From Limnohabitans radicicola (lineage in GTDB: Bacteria > Pseudomonadota > Gammaproteobacteria > Burkholderiales > Burkholderiaceae_C): a DNA stretch of 32,000 bases. The stretch covers positions 477,688 through 509,687 of the forward strand of contig NZ_JACYFT010000001.1 of NCBI RefSeq assembly GCF_014837235.1, in the 5' to 3' direction. The number at the start of each line of letters is the position of its first letter. The stretch's first letter is position 1. The position numbers were made by a program, and so were the translations under genes. Below, in pieces: positions 19,569 to 26,395 of the stretch. Below the pieces are notes generated by a model. It did no database searches, was not told where the DNA came from, and saw only the letters and a list, made by a program, of their open reading frames with translations.

Positions 19569-20141
19569 ATGGCAAAAGCAAAAACACTCAGCAGCACAGA
19601 GCTTCGTCGTGTGCTCGACTACATCGCAACACGCAAACACGCAGCACGCAATAGGGCGACGCTGCTACTCACACATTGGGGCGGAATGCGAGTAGGGGAA
19701 GTGGCAGCACTACGCTACTGCGACGTGCTCAACAGCGACGGCACAGTGAAGGACGAAATCAACTTGAGCGCCGAACAGACGAAGGGCAAGCACAGCAGAA
19801 CGGTGTTTATCAGCGGCAAGCTACGCAAAGAGGTTGCCGCTTACATTGCTGCTCATCCGATGAAGGACGGAGAGCACGCTCTTTTCTACACGCAGAAGAA
19901 TCCCAAACGAGGATTCACAGCCAACACGCTCACACAATACTTTCTGCACCTCTACCGCAATGTGGGTATCGACGGCGCAAGTAGCCACAGCGGACGCCGC
20001 ACGTTTGCCACTGTGCTCAGTTCGAAGGGCGTGGGCATACGTGTGCTGATGCGTGCAATGGGACATCGCAACATCAGCACCACTATCGGCTACGTGGATG
20101 CATCGGACGATATGCTGCGGAAGGCTGTTGATTTGGTGTGA
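19569..20141 (+). CDS. small tyrosine recombinase, catalytic domain only, FimB/FimE-like size and layout
   Basis: ATG 19569 has GGAG 7 nt upstream. 190 aa with a complete catalytic set: R (GMRVGE), HxxR (HSGRRTFAT), H and Y (GHRNISTTIGY). The HAARN...LLL...G.R..E pattern resembles FimB. Confidence 0.8.
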   Translation: MAKAKTLSSTELRRVLDYIATRKHAARNRATLLLTHWGGMRVGEVAALRYCDVLNSDGTVKDEINLSAEQTKGKHSRTVFISGKLRKEVAAYIAAHPMKDGEHALFYTQKNPKRGFTANTLTQYFLHLYRNVGIDGASSHSGRRTFATVLSSKGVGIRVLMRAMGHRNISTTIGYVDASDDMLRKAVDLV

Positions 20142-20161
20142 GCGTCCCAAAAATCGACGCT
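20141..20161 (-). repeat. 21-bp palindromic element, copy d (reverse orientation): AGCGTC GATTTTTGG GACGCT
   Basis: Plus strand reads AGCGTCCCAAAAATCGACGCT; with flanks it forms a 9-bp stem (GTGAGCGTC/GACGCTCAC, 20138-20164). The stop codons of both convergent genes (20139-20141 and 20161-20163) lie within this extended stem. Confidence 0.9.
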
Positions 20162-20907
20162 CACAACTCACTGTTGGGGAACTGCCCTTTCGCTGTATTG
20201 GCAATGATGGCACGTGCTTGCTTGACGTATCGACTCACAGTCATTGTCATAGTGGCGTGCTTTTTACGAGTGTCATAGGCGTTGTCCCACTTGTGCGGCA
20301 TTGCATTGGGCACGAGTTTGAGACTTTCGCCGATTGCCCATAAAGGCTTGCGCTGCTCTTTGGGTTGGGCATCGTTGGCAGCAACAGCGTCATAGACATC
20401 GAGCATCACCTTTAGGCTGTGCTGCGTGAAGTTGCGATGCAGAGGGTAGCGTGCTGTGCTTGAAGCTGTCTGCAGCGACTTTCGCCCACGTTTGCCCTTG
20501 TGCTCCGTCTGCAACAAGTCAGCGAACTTCTTCTGCAGATGCCGACGCCCCAAATCCATATTGACAGCGACGAACAAGACGTTGCAGCCCCAACGCTTGT
20601 TCATCTCCGCTGCAGCGTCGATTTTTTGGACGCTTAGCTCCAATGGCTCTTCGGCGAACAAATAGTCGCCCTTGTTGTTAGGTGCTCCCCACCAGCTGCG
20701 GAAGTCATCACTACGCACGTCGCCGAAGTCCGCATACAGCTCAGCAAGCTCGCCAACACCCCCACGCTCACAGCAAGCAAGGTAGTCAGCGTTCCTTCGC
20801 AGATATGCCCACCACCAATAGTAGGGGCTGCGCTGCTGCAGATGTATGGGCGATGGCTTGTGCTTCGTCCCAATCAGCGGATGGATGGCTAAGAACTTTT
20901 TGCGCAT
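20161..20907 (-). CDS. putative transcriptional regulator-domain protein (N-terminal SPYYWWWAYLRRNADY motif)
   Basis: 248 aa. The N-terminal aromatic-rich xYLRRNxxY motif resembles the WEFLRRN-type motif of uncharacterised regulator-domain proteins from mobile elements (recalled, not searched). The C-terminal 150 aa is unassigned. Confidence 0.55.
   Translation of the reverse strand: MRKKFLAIHPLIGTKHKPSPIHLQQRSPYYWWWAYLRRNADYLACCERGGVGELAELYADFGDVRSDDFRSWWGAPNNKGDYLFAEEPLELSVQKIDAAAEMNKRWGCNVLFVAVNMDLGRRHLQKKFADLLQTEHKGKRGRKSLQTASSTARYPLHRNFTQHSLKVMLDVYDAVAANDAQPKEQRKPLWAIGESLKLVPNAMPHKWDNAYDTRKKHATMTMTVSRYVKQARAIIANTAKGQFPNSEL
20614..20634 (+). repeat. 21-bp palindromic element, copy e: AGCGTC GATTTTTTG GACGCT (inside the 248-aa CDS)
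   Basis: Exactly 7 in-frame codons (SVQKIDA on the minus strand), placed right after the N-terminal domain. Inverted relative to copy d, which lies 452 bp away. Confidence 0.9.
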
Positions 20908-20926
20908 CGCAAGATGTTATCAGCTA

Positions 20927-20963
20927 ATTCGCTGCGAATACGTTGCTGCCTAAAAAATAGGCA
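20927..20963. promoter_or_regulatory. two short palindromes in the divergent promoter region (candidate operators)
   Basis: ATTCGC-t-GCGAAT (20927-20939) and TGCCTA-aaaaa-TAGGCA (20947-20963), between gene starts at 20907 (-) and 21058 (+). Confidence 0.4.
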
Positions 20964-21057
20964 AAGAGGCGCATACTAACACTTGTGCTGAGGGACATAA
21001 CCAAACAAGTCAAGCAGCACGTTTTATCAACTCTCTTTATTTCAAAAGGAAATCAAA

Positions 21058-21885
21058 ATGGCTAAATTTTCTAAAGCTCAGTCTGCTGCAATGGCAATCG
21101 CAACCAACGCAAATGTCAAAGCAGTAATCGAAGAGGCAAACAAGCTGTCAGTGCAGCGTGAAAAGTTCGAAAACGAAGAACTCGCACGCAGCAATAAGGC
21201 TCTGTATGCAATTCTCGAAAAGGTATATGGGTTGTTTAATAAAGCAGTCAAAGATGGCTGTATTAAAGAAACGGCGAAGGAAATGCGTTCGATGCTGAAA
21301 GAGCGTGGCGTTAAAGTGCAGAGCAATACGCCAGCCCTTACTTGTTTCGTTCGCTTTGTTTTTAACAGCGACAGAAAGCGTGCATACAACTACGCAAGCA
21401 CGCTGATGGCAGCAGTAGATGCAGACATCAAGCCCGAAAACCTTGCTGCTTTTATTGAAGGCAGCAATGGAGTGGAGGAGTGCAAAAAGGCATACAAGAT
21501 GAAAGACGAGACAAAGCAGCGAGTTGAGGCTGTAGCTGCAGCAAGCGTCGATGTAATGGACATTCTTAAAACGATGCCCTCTGCAGCCAACATCACTCTG
21601 CCAAATGCAAGCGTCGATTTGAGCGACGGTGTGGATTTCGCATTCATCGTTGCTCGTAGTGTCGGCAACGGCAAATTCGAACTTCTGCGTGCTGTGCCTA
21701 AATCGACGAAGGCTATGCAAACTGCTGCTGTTAAAGAGCTTGCTAAAAACCTAATCGAAGTCGCAGCCAAAGCACAGACTGAAACTAAGGAGCAGAAAGT
21801 AAAAGCGACTACTGAAAAGGCAGTCAAGTCAATTTCTGCTAAGTCTGCTGCAAAGATGACACTGAAAGAGTTGGAAGCAGCGTGA
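21058..21885 (+). CDS. hypothetical protein (275 aa, helical, Ala/Lys-rich C-terminus)
   Basis: AGGA lies 8 nt upstream of the ATG. Co-oriented with the downstream AAA+ gene. No family recognised. Confidence 0.6.
   Translation: MAKFSKAQSAAMAIATNANVKAVIEEANKLSVQREKFENEELARSNKALYAILEKVYGLFNKAVKDGCIKETAKEMRSMLKERGVKVQSNTPALTCFVRFVFNSDRKRAYNYASTLMAAVDADIKPENLAAFIEGSNGVEECKKAYKMKDETKQRVEAVAAASVDVMDILKTMPSAANITLPNASVDLSDGVDFAFIVARSVGNGKFELLRAVPKSTKAMQTAAVKELAKNLIEVAAKAQTETKEQKVKATTEKAVKSISAKSAAKMTLKELEAA
21610..21630 (+). repeat. diverged copy of the palindromic element: AGCGTC GATTTGAGC GACGGT (inside the 275-aa CDS)
   Basis: Shares the exact 11-mer AGCGTCGATTT with copies a, d and e. The right arm has one mismatch. 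Confidence 0.6.
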
Positions 21886-21943
21886 GCAATATGTGGGGTG
21901 CTGCAATGCACTCCACCTTTAATTAAATTATTTGGAGGTTATT

Positions 21944-22591
21944 ATGGGCAAGATTGTTGATACTGAAAGCAAATATCGTCCTCGTTCGCTTGACGAGTTT
22001 GTTTTCCCTAACAAGCACGTTGAGGAAGTTGCAAAGGCGTATGGTAGTGGTGAAATAACTCGTCCGCTGATTTTGAGTGGAACGAATGGCACTGGTAAAA
22101 GTCTCTTGTCAGAGCTAATACCGCAGCAGATTGAGGGATTTGAACCGCAAATCAATCGAGTGCGTTCGTGTGATTTGAATAGCAGCAAAGAAATCTACAG
22201 TCAATTTACACGCAACAAGCAATTCGACAAGCTATTCACTCCCTACAACCAACGCTTTAGCTACAACATCATTGAAGAAGTGAATTTCGATACCAAAGCA
22301 AGGGACGCTTTTCGAGTAGTGCTCGATGAGTATAGGGGGGTAGATATGACGATTATGACTACGAACGAGATAGGGAAAATTGACATTGGTGTTCGTAGTC
22401 GATGTGAGACGCTGCATGTGCCACCGTGCGAACCACAAGTGTTTTTCCCTCGTGCCAAAGCCATTATCGAAGCTGAGGGCTACAGCATAGACGACGACGC
22501 CCTAATAGCTGCGTTGGATGCTGTATATGACGCCAAGCCAGATAATCGGCGCTACTATCAGACAATCGACGAGATACTGCGTAAAGCGTAG
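21944..22591 (+). CDS. AAA+ ATPase, RFC/clamp-loader-like, truncated (no collar domain)
   Basis: GGAGG lies 5 nt upstream of ATG 21944. KYRPRSLDEFV (clamp-loader N-terminus), Walker A GTNGTGKS, Walker B-like IIEEVN, sensor-1 TTN and an SRC motif (VRSRCE). Only 215 aa. Confidence 0.75.
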   Translation: MGKIVDTESKYRPRSLDEFVFPNKHVEEVAKAYGSGEITRPLILSGTNGTGKSLLSELIPQQIEGFEPQINRVRSCDLNSSKEIYSQFTRNKQFDKLFTPYNQRFSYNIIEEVNFDTKARDAFRVVLDEYRGVDMTIMTTNEIGKIDIGVRSRCETLHVPPCEPQVFFPRAKAIIEAEGYSIDDDALIAALDAVYDAKPDNRRYYQTIDEILRKA

Positions 22592-22615
22592 TCTATAACG
22601 TCAATTTAATCGACA

Positions 22616-23062
22616 CTAAAAGCCCGCCTTGTGCGGGTTTTTTACCATTATGTTGGTATTTCCTTGATTTACAAAAAGATGCTCCACCAATTCAGCAAAT
22701 TCCTCATCATTCAGATAAGACGGAAGAAATTTATACTCCTGCAAATCTTTATTCATAGGCGTTATGTCGATAAGTTCGCCGCTGACCATTCTAACTATAG
22801 AGTGTGATACAAATATTACGAAAGGGCTTGCTACGGCATCAACGCAAATCCATCCTCTTATCGGATTTGCATTTTTATTTATATTGCAATACTCATCTAC
22901 ATTGTCGTGACAGTGGTTTTTAGTAGCCGAAAAACTTTCATCATCAACGCACCGCTTAACTATCAATTGAGCCTCTGATATTTTTGATATCAAAAATTTC
23001 CCGTAATCCTCAATCTGTCTTTGCGTGCAGCAACCTTTTGCAAGCCCTTCATACCTCAGCAT
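22616..23062 (-). CDS. hypothetical small protein with an ordered Cys...His...Asp pattern (possible papain/transglutaminase-like thiol hydrolase)
   Basis: 148 aa from MLRYEG. Its ATG overlaps the upstream TGA by 1 nt (TGATG). NHCHDNVDEYC ... PIRGW ... VSHSIV ... GELIDITP has spacing reminiscent of a C-H-D triad. Speculative. Confidence 0.5.
   Translation of the reverse strand: MLRYEGLAKGCCTQRQIEDYGKFLISKISEAQLIVKRCVDDESFSATKNHCHDNVDEYCNINKNANPIRGWICVDAVASPFVIFVSHSIVRMVSGELIDITPMNKDLQEYKFLPSYLNDEEFAELVEHLFVNQGNTNIMVKNPHKAGF
22618..22643. terminator. rho-independent terminator for the AAA+ operon, overlapping the 3' end of the convergent CDS
   Basis: AAAGCCCGC-cttgt-GCGGGTTTTTT. The hairpin also encodes the last residues (NPHKAGF) of the minus-strand gene. 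Confidence 0.75.
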
Positions 23063-24447
23063 CACTGCCACTTTTGATAGCTATCCGTTATAGTTGGATG
23101 CTTTGAAGACAGACTCTTTTTTAACTCTGCAACAAGCTCGTCGCTTGCGTATATCTCATTCATATTCATCTGCTTTTGGAAAAAAGTGACATTATGTTTG
23201 GCGTCTGACACGTTTGTCGAGGCTATTACCGCCCAAGCATGCGCATATATTTTATTCGCGGCCACACCCTCTCCCTTCCAATACAGCGACGAGAGTGAGT
23301 GTTGAGCCTTTGCACTACCCAAATATGCAGCCTCTCGCATCAGCTTAAAGGCATCCTCCAGCTTTCGCTCTTTTCCGTATGTTCCGTTATAGCTAATATT
23401 CGCGAGTTCATAGATTGAATTGGCGTCGCCTTTGTTAGCCTTTGCCTCCAACTCCCTATACGCCAATGCATTATGTCCCAGCATTTTATCGTTTACCGCT
23501 TTGGACTTAAGCGCCGTAAATCTCTCTTCTATATATTTCGCCTCTGCTCGTTTGATATCACCCTCTGATTGAGCCAAAGATTTCGCCCAAACACCTTTAT
23601 CTTTTCTATTTGACTCGATTTCCTCTAATGCAGTAGCATAAAGCAAATTAATCTCTTCATTGGATAGATCATGTACTTTGACGTCGGGCTTACTCGAATC
23701 ATTTAATGCATCACCTACCTTCGATTCGAATTTGTCGCGCTCCTCGCCAGTAGAGATTGCCGAATACGCATCTTCCATAAGTGGGATTTTATTGGGCTGC
23801 AATTTATTAAAGCCAGCATTCCCGTTAGATAAATCCCTCAATCCCGCTTGACTTGACTCTTCAGTTTTTGCCTTACCGAGCATAACGATAATTCCCCATA
23901 GCACCGCTGGAAATACTATCAAATTTGCTATTATGAACTGCACTATTTTTTCATATCTTATTTTCAACCCAGCCAGCGGAAAACTAATCAATTCATTAAA
24001 AATTCCCGTCAAGCCAATGCCAATGGAAATCATTAAGATGAGGATAAGGGCAGATTGAACTTTTGATTTGTATTTCTGCCTCAACCTCTTCGCAAAATAA
24101 AAAGCCGCTCCGAAGCCCAATATGGAGGCTATTAATACGGGTATGAATGCACTCATCAAACTCACCTCCTCAATATTTTTGCCCACATGCGTAGAATCTT
24201 TTCCCACTACTGCAGATGCAGACATGCCCTTTGACATAGCTTCGTTATAGGCGACGAATCCGCAGGCATACCCCCCACTGGGAAGTGGTATCGGAGCGTA
24301 ATATGATTCCACTCCGCACTTCCATGAATCCTTGACAAAGAATATTTCTGGATATTTTTTAATTGCTTTATTCAAGGCTTCGGCTTCAGTTACATTGTCA
24401 TTAACTTTTGCCGAATCACCATTTGGTAGTGGTAAGTATTTCGCCAT
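23062..24447 (-). CDS. 3-TM membrane protein with C-terminal Sel1-like (SLR/TPR) repeats
   Basis: 461 aa. TM helices LMSAFIPVLIASILGFGAAFYFA, ALILILMISIGIGLTGIF and IVQFIIANLIVFPAVLWGIIVML. SLR consensus in GSAKAQHSLSSLYWKGEGVAANKIYAHAW. Lowest-GC part of the window. Confidence 0.7.
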   Translation of the reverse strand: MAKYLPLPNGDSAKVNDNVTEAEALNKAIKKYPEIFFVKDSWKCGVESYYAPIPLPSGGYACGFVAYNEAMSKGMSASAVVGKDSTHVGKNIEEVSLMSAFIPVLIASILGFGAAFYFAKRLRQKYKSKVQSALILILMISIGIGLTGIFNELISFPLAGLKIRYEKIVQFIIANLIVFPAVLWGIIVMLGKAKTEESSQAGLRDLSNGNAGFNKLQPNKIPLMEDAYSAISTGEERDKFESKVGDALNDSSKPDVKVHDLSNEEINLLYATALEEIESNRKDKGVWAKSLAQSEGDIKRAEAKYIEERFTALKSKAVNDKMLGHNALAYRELEAKANKGDANSIYELANISYNGTYGKERKLEDAFKLMREAAYLGSAKAQHSLSSLYWKGEGVAANKIYAHAWAVIASTNVSDAKHNVTFFQKQMNMNEIYASDELVAELKKSLSSKHPTITDSYQKWQ

Positions 24448-24456
24448 TTACAGCCT

Positions 24457-25884
24457 TTACTTTCTTTGTCTTTTGCTCTGCAACATCTCAATATTCATCT
24501 CACCTTCTAAGTGGGACGCATAGAAACGCTCAATCATTTCCGTTGATGTGCGTGCGTTGCGTGCGAGTGTGAGCAAGTCCAAACCCTCGCCATAAAGCAA
24601 ACGGTACATTATGCAAGTGTGTCGTAGGCTGTAAAGGCTGCGCTCTTCCCCACGTGCCCCTTCTGCAAGCCCACAGTGAGCAAGCAAGACGCTGAACTGA
24701 CGCTGTAGTTGTGTCAGTGCTGCACCCCTACGCTTTTCAATCTGTTCCTTTGTGTCCGCTGCAGACGTGCGCCCATACGAGGGCAGAAACACGTAGTCCT
24801 CTGCTGTCGCTCTATTCTTCCGCTTGTCGTCGCTCCAATGCAGCGCCTTCTGCCGACGGTAGTAATGCACAGCAGCAGCCATCGACACAATAGGCTTGTC
24901 GTGCTTCTTGCTTGTGGGCAGCGACATACGCAGATAGGTATGCACGCCCTCAATTACCTCAATGTGCTTGTGCTGCATCCACTTGATGTCCGTTGGGCGT
25001 ATGAAGCTGTTCGTCATAAAGACGATGAGGTTCCGCAAGTCCTCTGTCATCTCCACACGCCGCAGCAGTTGGCTCGCTGCAATCTTCTGCTGTAGTGCCT
25101 TCTGTGCCGCAGCACGTGGCTTGTAGGTGGAGGGCTGTCGTTGGGCTGTGAAGATTTCCTCTTTGCCGTTGGCATCGACGAACTTGCGTATCTCCCACGT
25201 TTGCCCACTGAGCTTGCGTGCTGCACTCCACAGCTTGCGGTATTCCTTTGTGTTGAACCAACCGCGCGGTGCATCCACCTTTTTGACTTTGGGGAACTGC
25301 GGCACAGCTTCGATGTAGCCCCTGCGCTGTGCATAGCCCAACGTCTTGCGGACAAGCCCCAAATAGTTGCTGATGGTGGGTGCTGTGAGCTTGTCGGCAC
25401 TGAGCTTGTTGATGAACTTCTCAATGACGAAGTAGTCGATGCTCTTCAAGTCGTAGCTGCGGAAGTAGGGCAGCACTTCCTTCTGCAGCCGATACCTATC
25501 GTTCTGCTGCATCATTGCCGACATCTCACCGCGCTGCACCTTTGCGTCTTGCTGTTCGAGCAAAGCCGCAGCGCACATCTCAAAGTCTGCACGACTGTTG
25601 AGCACCAGCCCTTGTCGCTGCTTGTAATTGACTTCGTCGTAGAAGTCTTTGGCGAACTCGATTGCACGCCGCTTGTCTGTTTCCTTTGTGCTGCGACGAA
25701 GGATTTTTCCGTCAGCGTAGTAGCGCACCCACCAAAAGGGCGACGCTGCAAGCTGATAGACAACGAGCTTCTTTGGATAGTTGGGAACGTGCGTGAGGTT
25801 GAGGGCAGAAGTGCGATGCTTCGTCGCACCACCGTCGATTTGCACGACGCTGAGAACTGCCTTCTTTGCTGCTGCACGTGCCAT
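24457..25884 (-). CDS. int: tyrosine-type site-specific integrase (island integrase)
   Basis: 475 aa. C-terminal catalytic region (FIRPTDI..., LYSLRHTCIMY, ...MIERFYASHL). N-terminal arm-binding-like WWVRYYADGKILRRSTK. Located next to the tRNA target. Confidence 0.9.
   Translation of the reverse strand: MARAAAKKAVLSVVQIDGGATKHRTSALNLTHVPNYPKKLVVYQLAASPFWWVRYYADGKILRRSTKETDKRRAIEFAKDFYDEVNYKQRQGLVLNSRADFEMCAAALLEQQDAKVQRGEMSAMMQQNDRYRLQKEVLPYFRSYDLKSIDYFVIEKFINKLSADKLTAPTISNYLGLVRKTLGYAQRRGYIEAVPQFPKVKKVDAPRGWFNTKEYRKLWSAARKLSGQTWEIRKFVDANGKEEIFTAQRQPSTYKPRAAAQKALQQKIAASQLLRRVEMTEDLRNLIVFMTNSFIRPTDIKWMQHKHIEVIEGVHTYLRMSLPTSKKHDKPIVSMAAAVHYYRRQKALHWSDDKRKNRATAEDYVFLPSYGRTSAADTKEQIEKRRGAALTQLQRQFSVLLAHCGLAEGARGEERSLYSLRHTCIMYRLLYGEGLDLLTLARNARTSTEMIERFYASHLEGEMNIEMLQSKRQRK
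25831..25851 (+). repeat. diverged copy of the palindromic element: ACCGTC GATTTGCAC GACGCT (inside the integrase CDS)
   Basis: Arms have one mismatch to the consensus. The spacer begins GATTT. Confidence 0.5.
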
Positions 25885-25975
25885 CTATGCAGCCCCCAAA
25901 GAAAAAAACACGCTGCAGATACGCTCCGCAACGTGTTTTTTGCAAACCAAAGAACTTATTTTTACGAAATCAAGC

Positions 25976-26005
25976 ATTTGTAGTTTAGCTTAAACTAAAC
26001 TACAA
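25976..26005. repeat. inverted pair of TGTAGTTTAG motifs (12-bp arms, 6-bp spacer) in the tRNA-proximal arm
   Basis: TTTGTAGTTTAG-cttaaa-CTAAACTACAAA, between the integrase start and the tRNA. Confidence 0.9.
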
Positions 26006-26023
26006 AACAGAGCAATCGAGTTG

Positions 26024-26046
26024 CTAAGTTGTTGATTTCATTGAAG
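26024..26046 (+). repeat. 23-bp island-end motif, right copy
   Basis: ctaagttgttgatttcattgaag has 21/23 identity to 15552-15574. Confidence 0.85.
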
Positions 26047-26050
26047 AAAT

Positions 26051-26127
26051 TGGTCGGGGTGAGAGGATTCGAACCTCCGGCCTCTACGTCCCGAACGTAG
26101 CGCTCTACCAGGCTAAGCTACACCCCG
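26051..26127 (-). tRNA. tRNA-Pro (anticodon CGG)
   Basis: Reverse complement CGGGGTGTAGCTTAGCCTGGTAGAGCGCTACGTTCGGGACGTAGAGGCCGGAGGTTCGAATCCTCTCACCCCGACCA folds as a cloverleaf. Anticodon loop TTCGGGA, T-loop GGTTCGAATCC, encoded CCA. Confidence 0.95.
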
Positions 26128-26395
26128 ATTGGGCCCGGATTATAGCCACGCACCTGTTGCGCGCTGTCACGAAAAAATGAACGCCAGCATGGCCGCATCG
26201 TCCATGAGATGCTGCGTGGCATAGCTGGCAAGCCGGTAAAGGGCCGCAGTGATGGCCTCTGTGAATGGATCTCTGTCACTCATGTCTCAATGGCCATGCC
26301 GTGGTACGGATTCGTTACCTTGATGAAATCATTAGATTTTACAAATTTCGCAGTGATATCGAATTAAAATACAACCTTCACTGATTGCTCAAACC

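Larger units (their letters stand above)
15491..26098. mobile_element. tRNA-Pro-integrated genomic island, about 10.5 kb, bounded by 48-bp direct repeats
   Basis: 15491-15538 is identical to 26051-26098 (the 3' 48 nt of tRNA-Pro). There is an abrupt drop in GC between the repeats, an integrase abuts the tRNA, and the gene content is unrelated to the flanks. Confidence 0.9.

Noticed and set aside
19340-19597. 85-aa Cys-rich minus-strand ORF in the long non-coding region
   Set aside because: It overlaps the recombinase start and RBS, has no SD, and has implausible composition. The region is treated as non-coding or regulatory instead.
24704-24710. Extra TGTAGTT 7-mer inside the integrase CDS (and AACTACA at 18405-18411 inside the Rep-like CDS)
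   Set aside because: These are only 7-mer matches within coding sequence, and one or two such hits are expected by chance. They are not counted as motif copies.
25141-25983. 280-aa plus-strand ORF (and 24709..25095) antisense to the integrase
   Set aside because: Cys/Leu-rich translation without motifs. The minus strand encodes a complete tyrosine integrase.
26167-26283. 38-aa minus-strand ORF (MSDRDPFTEAITAALYRLASY...) between the tRNA and the receiver gene
   Set aside because: Too short, no clear SD, no recognisable family. It cannot be supported from sequence alone.
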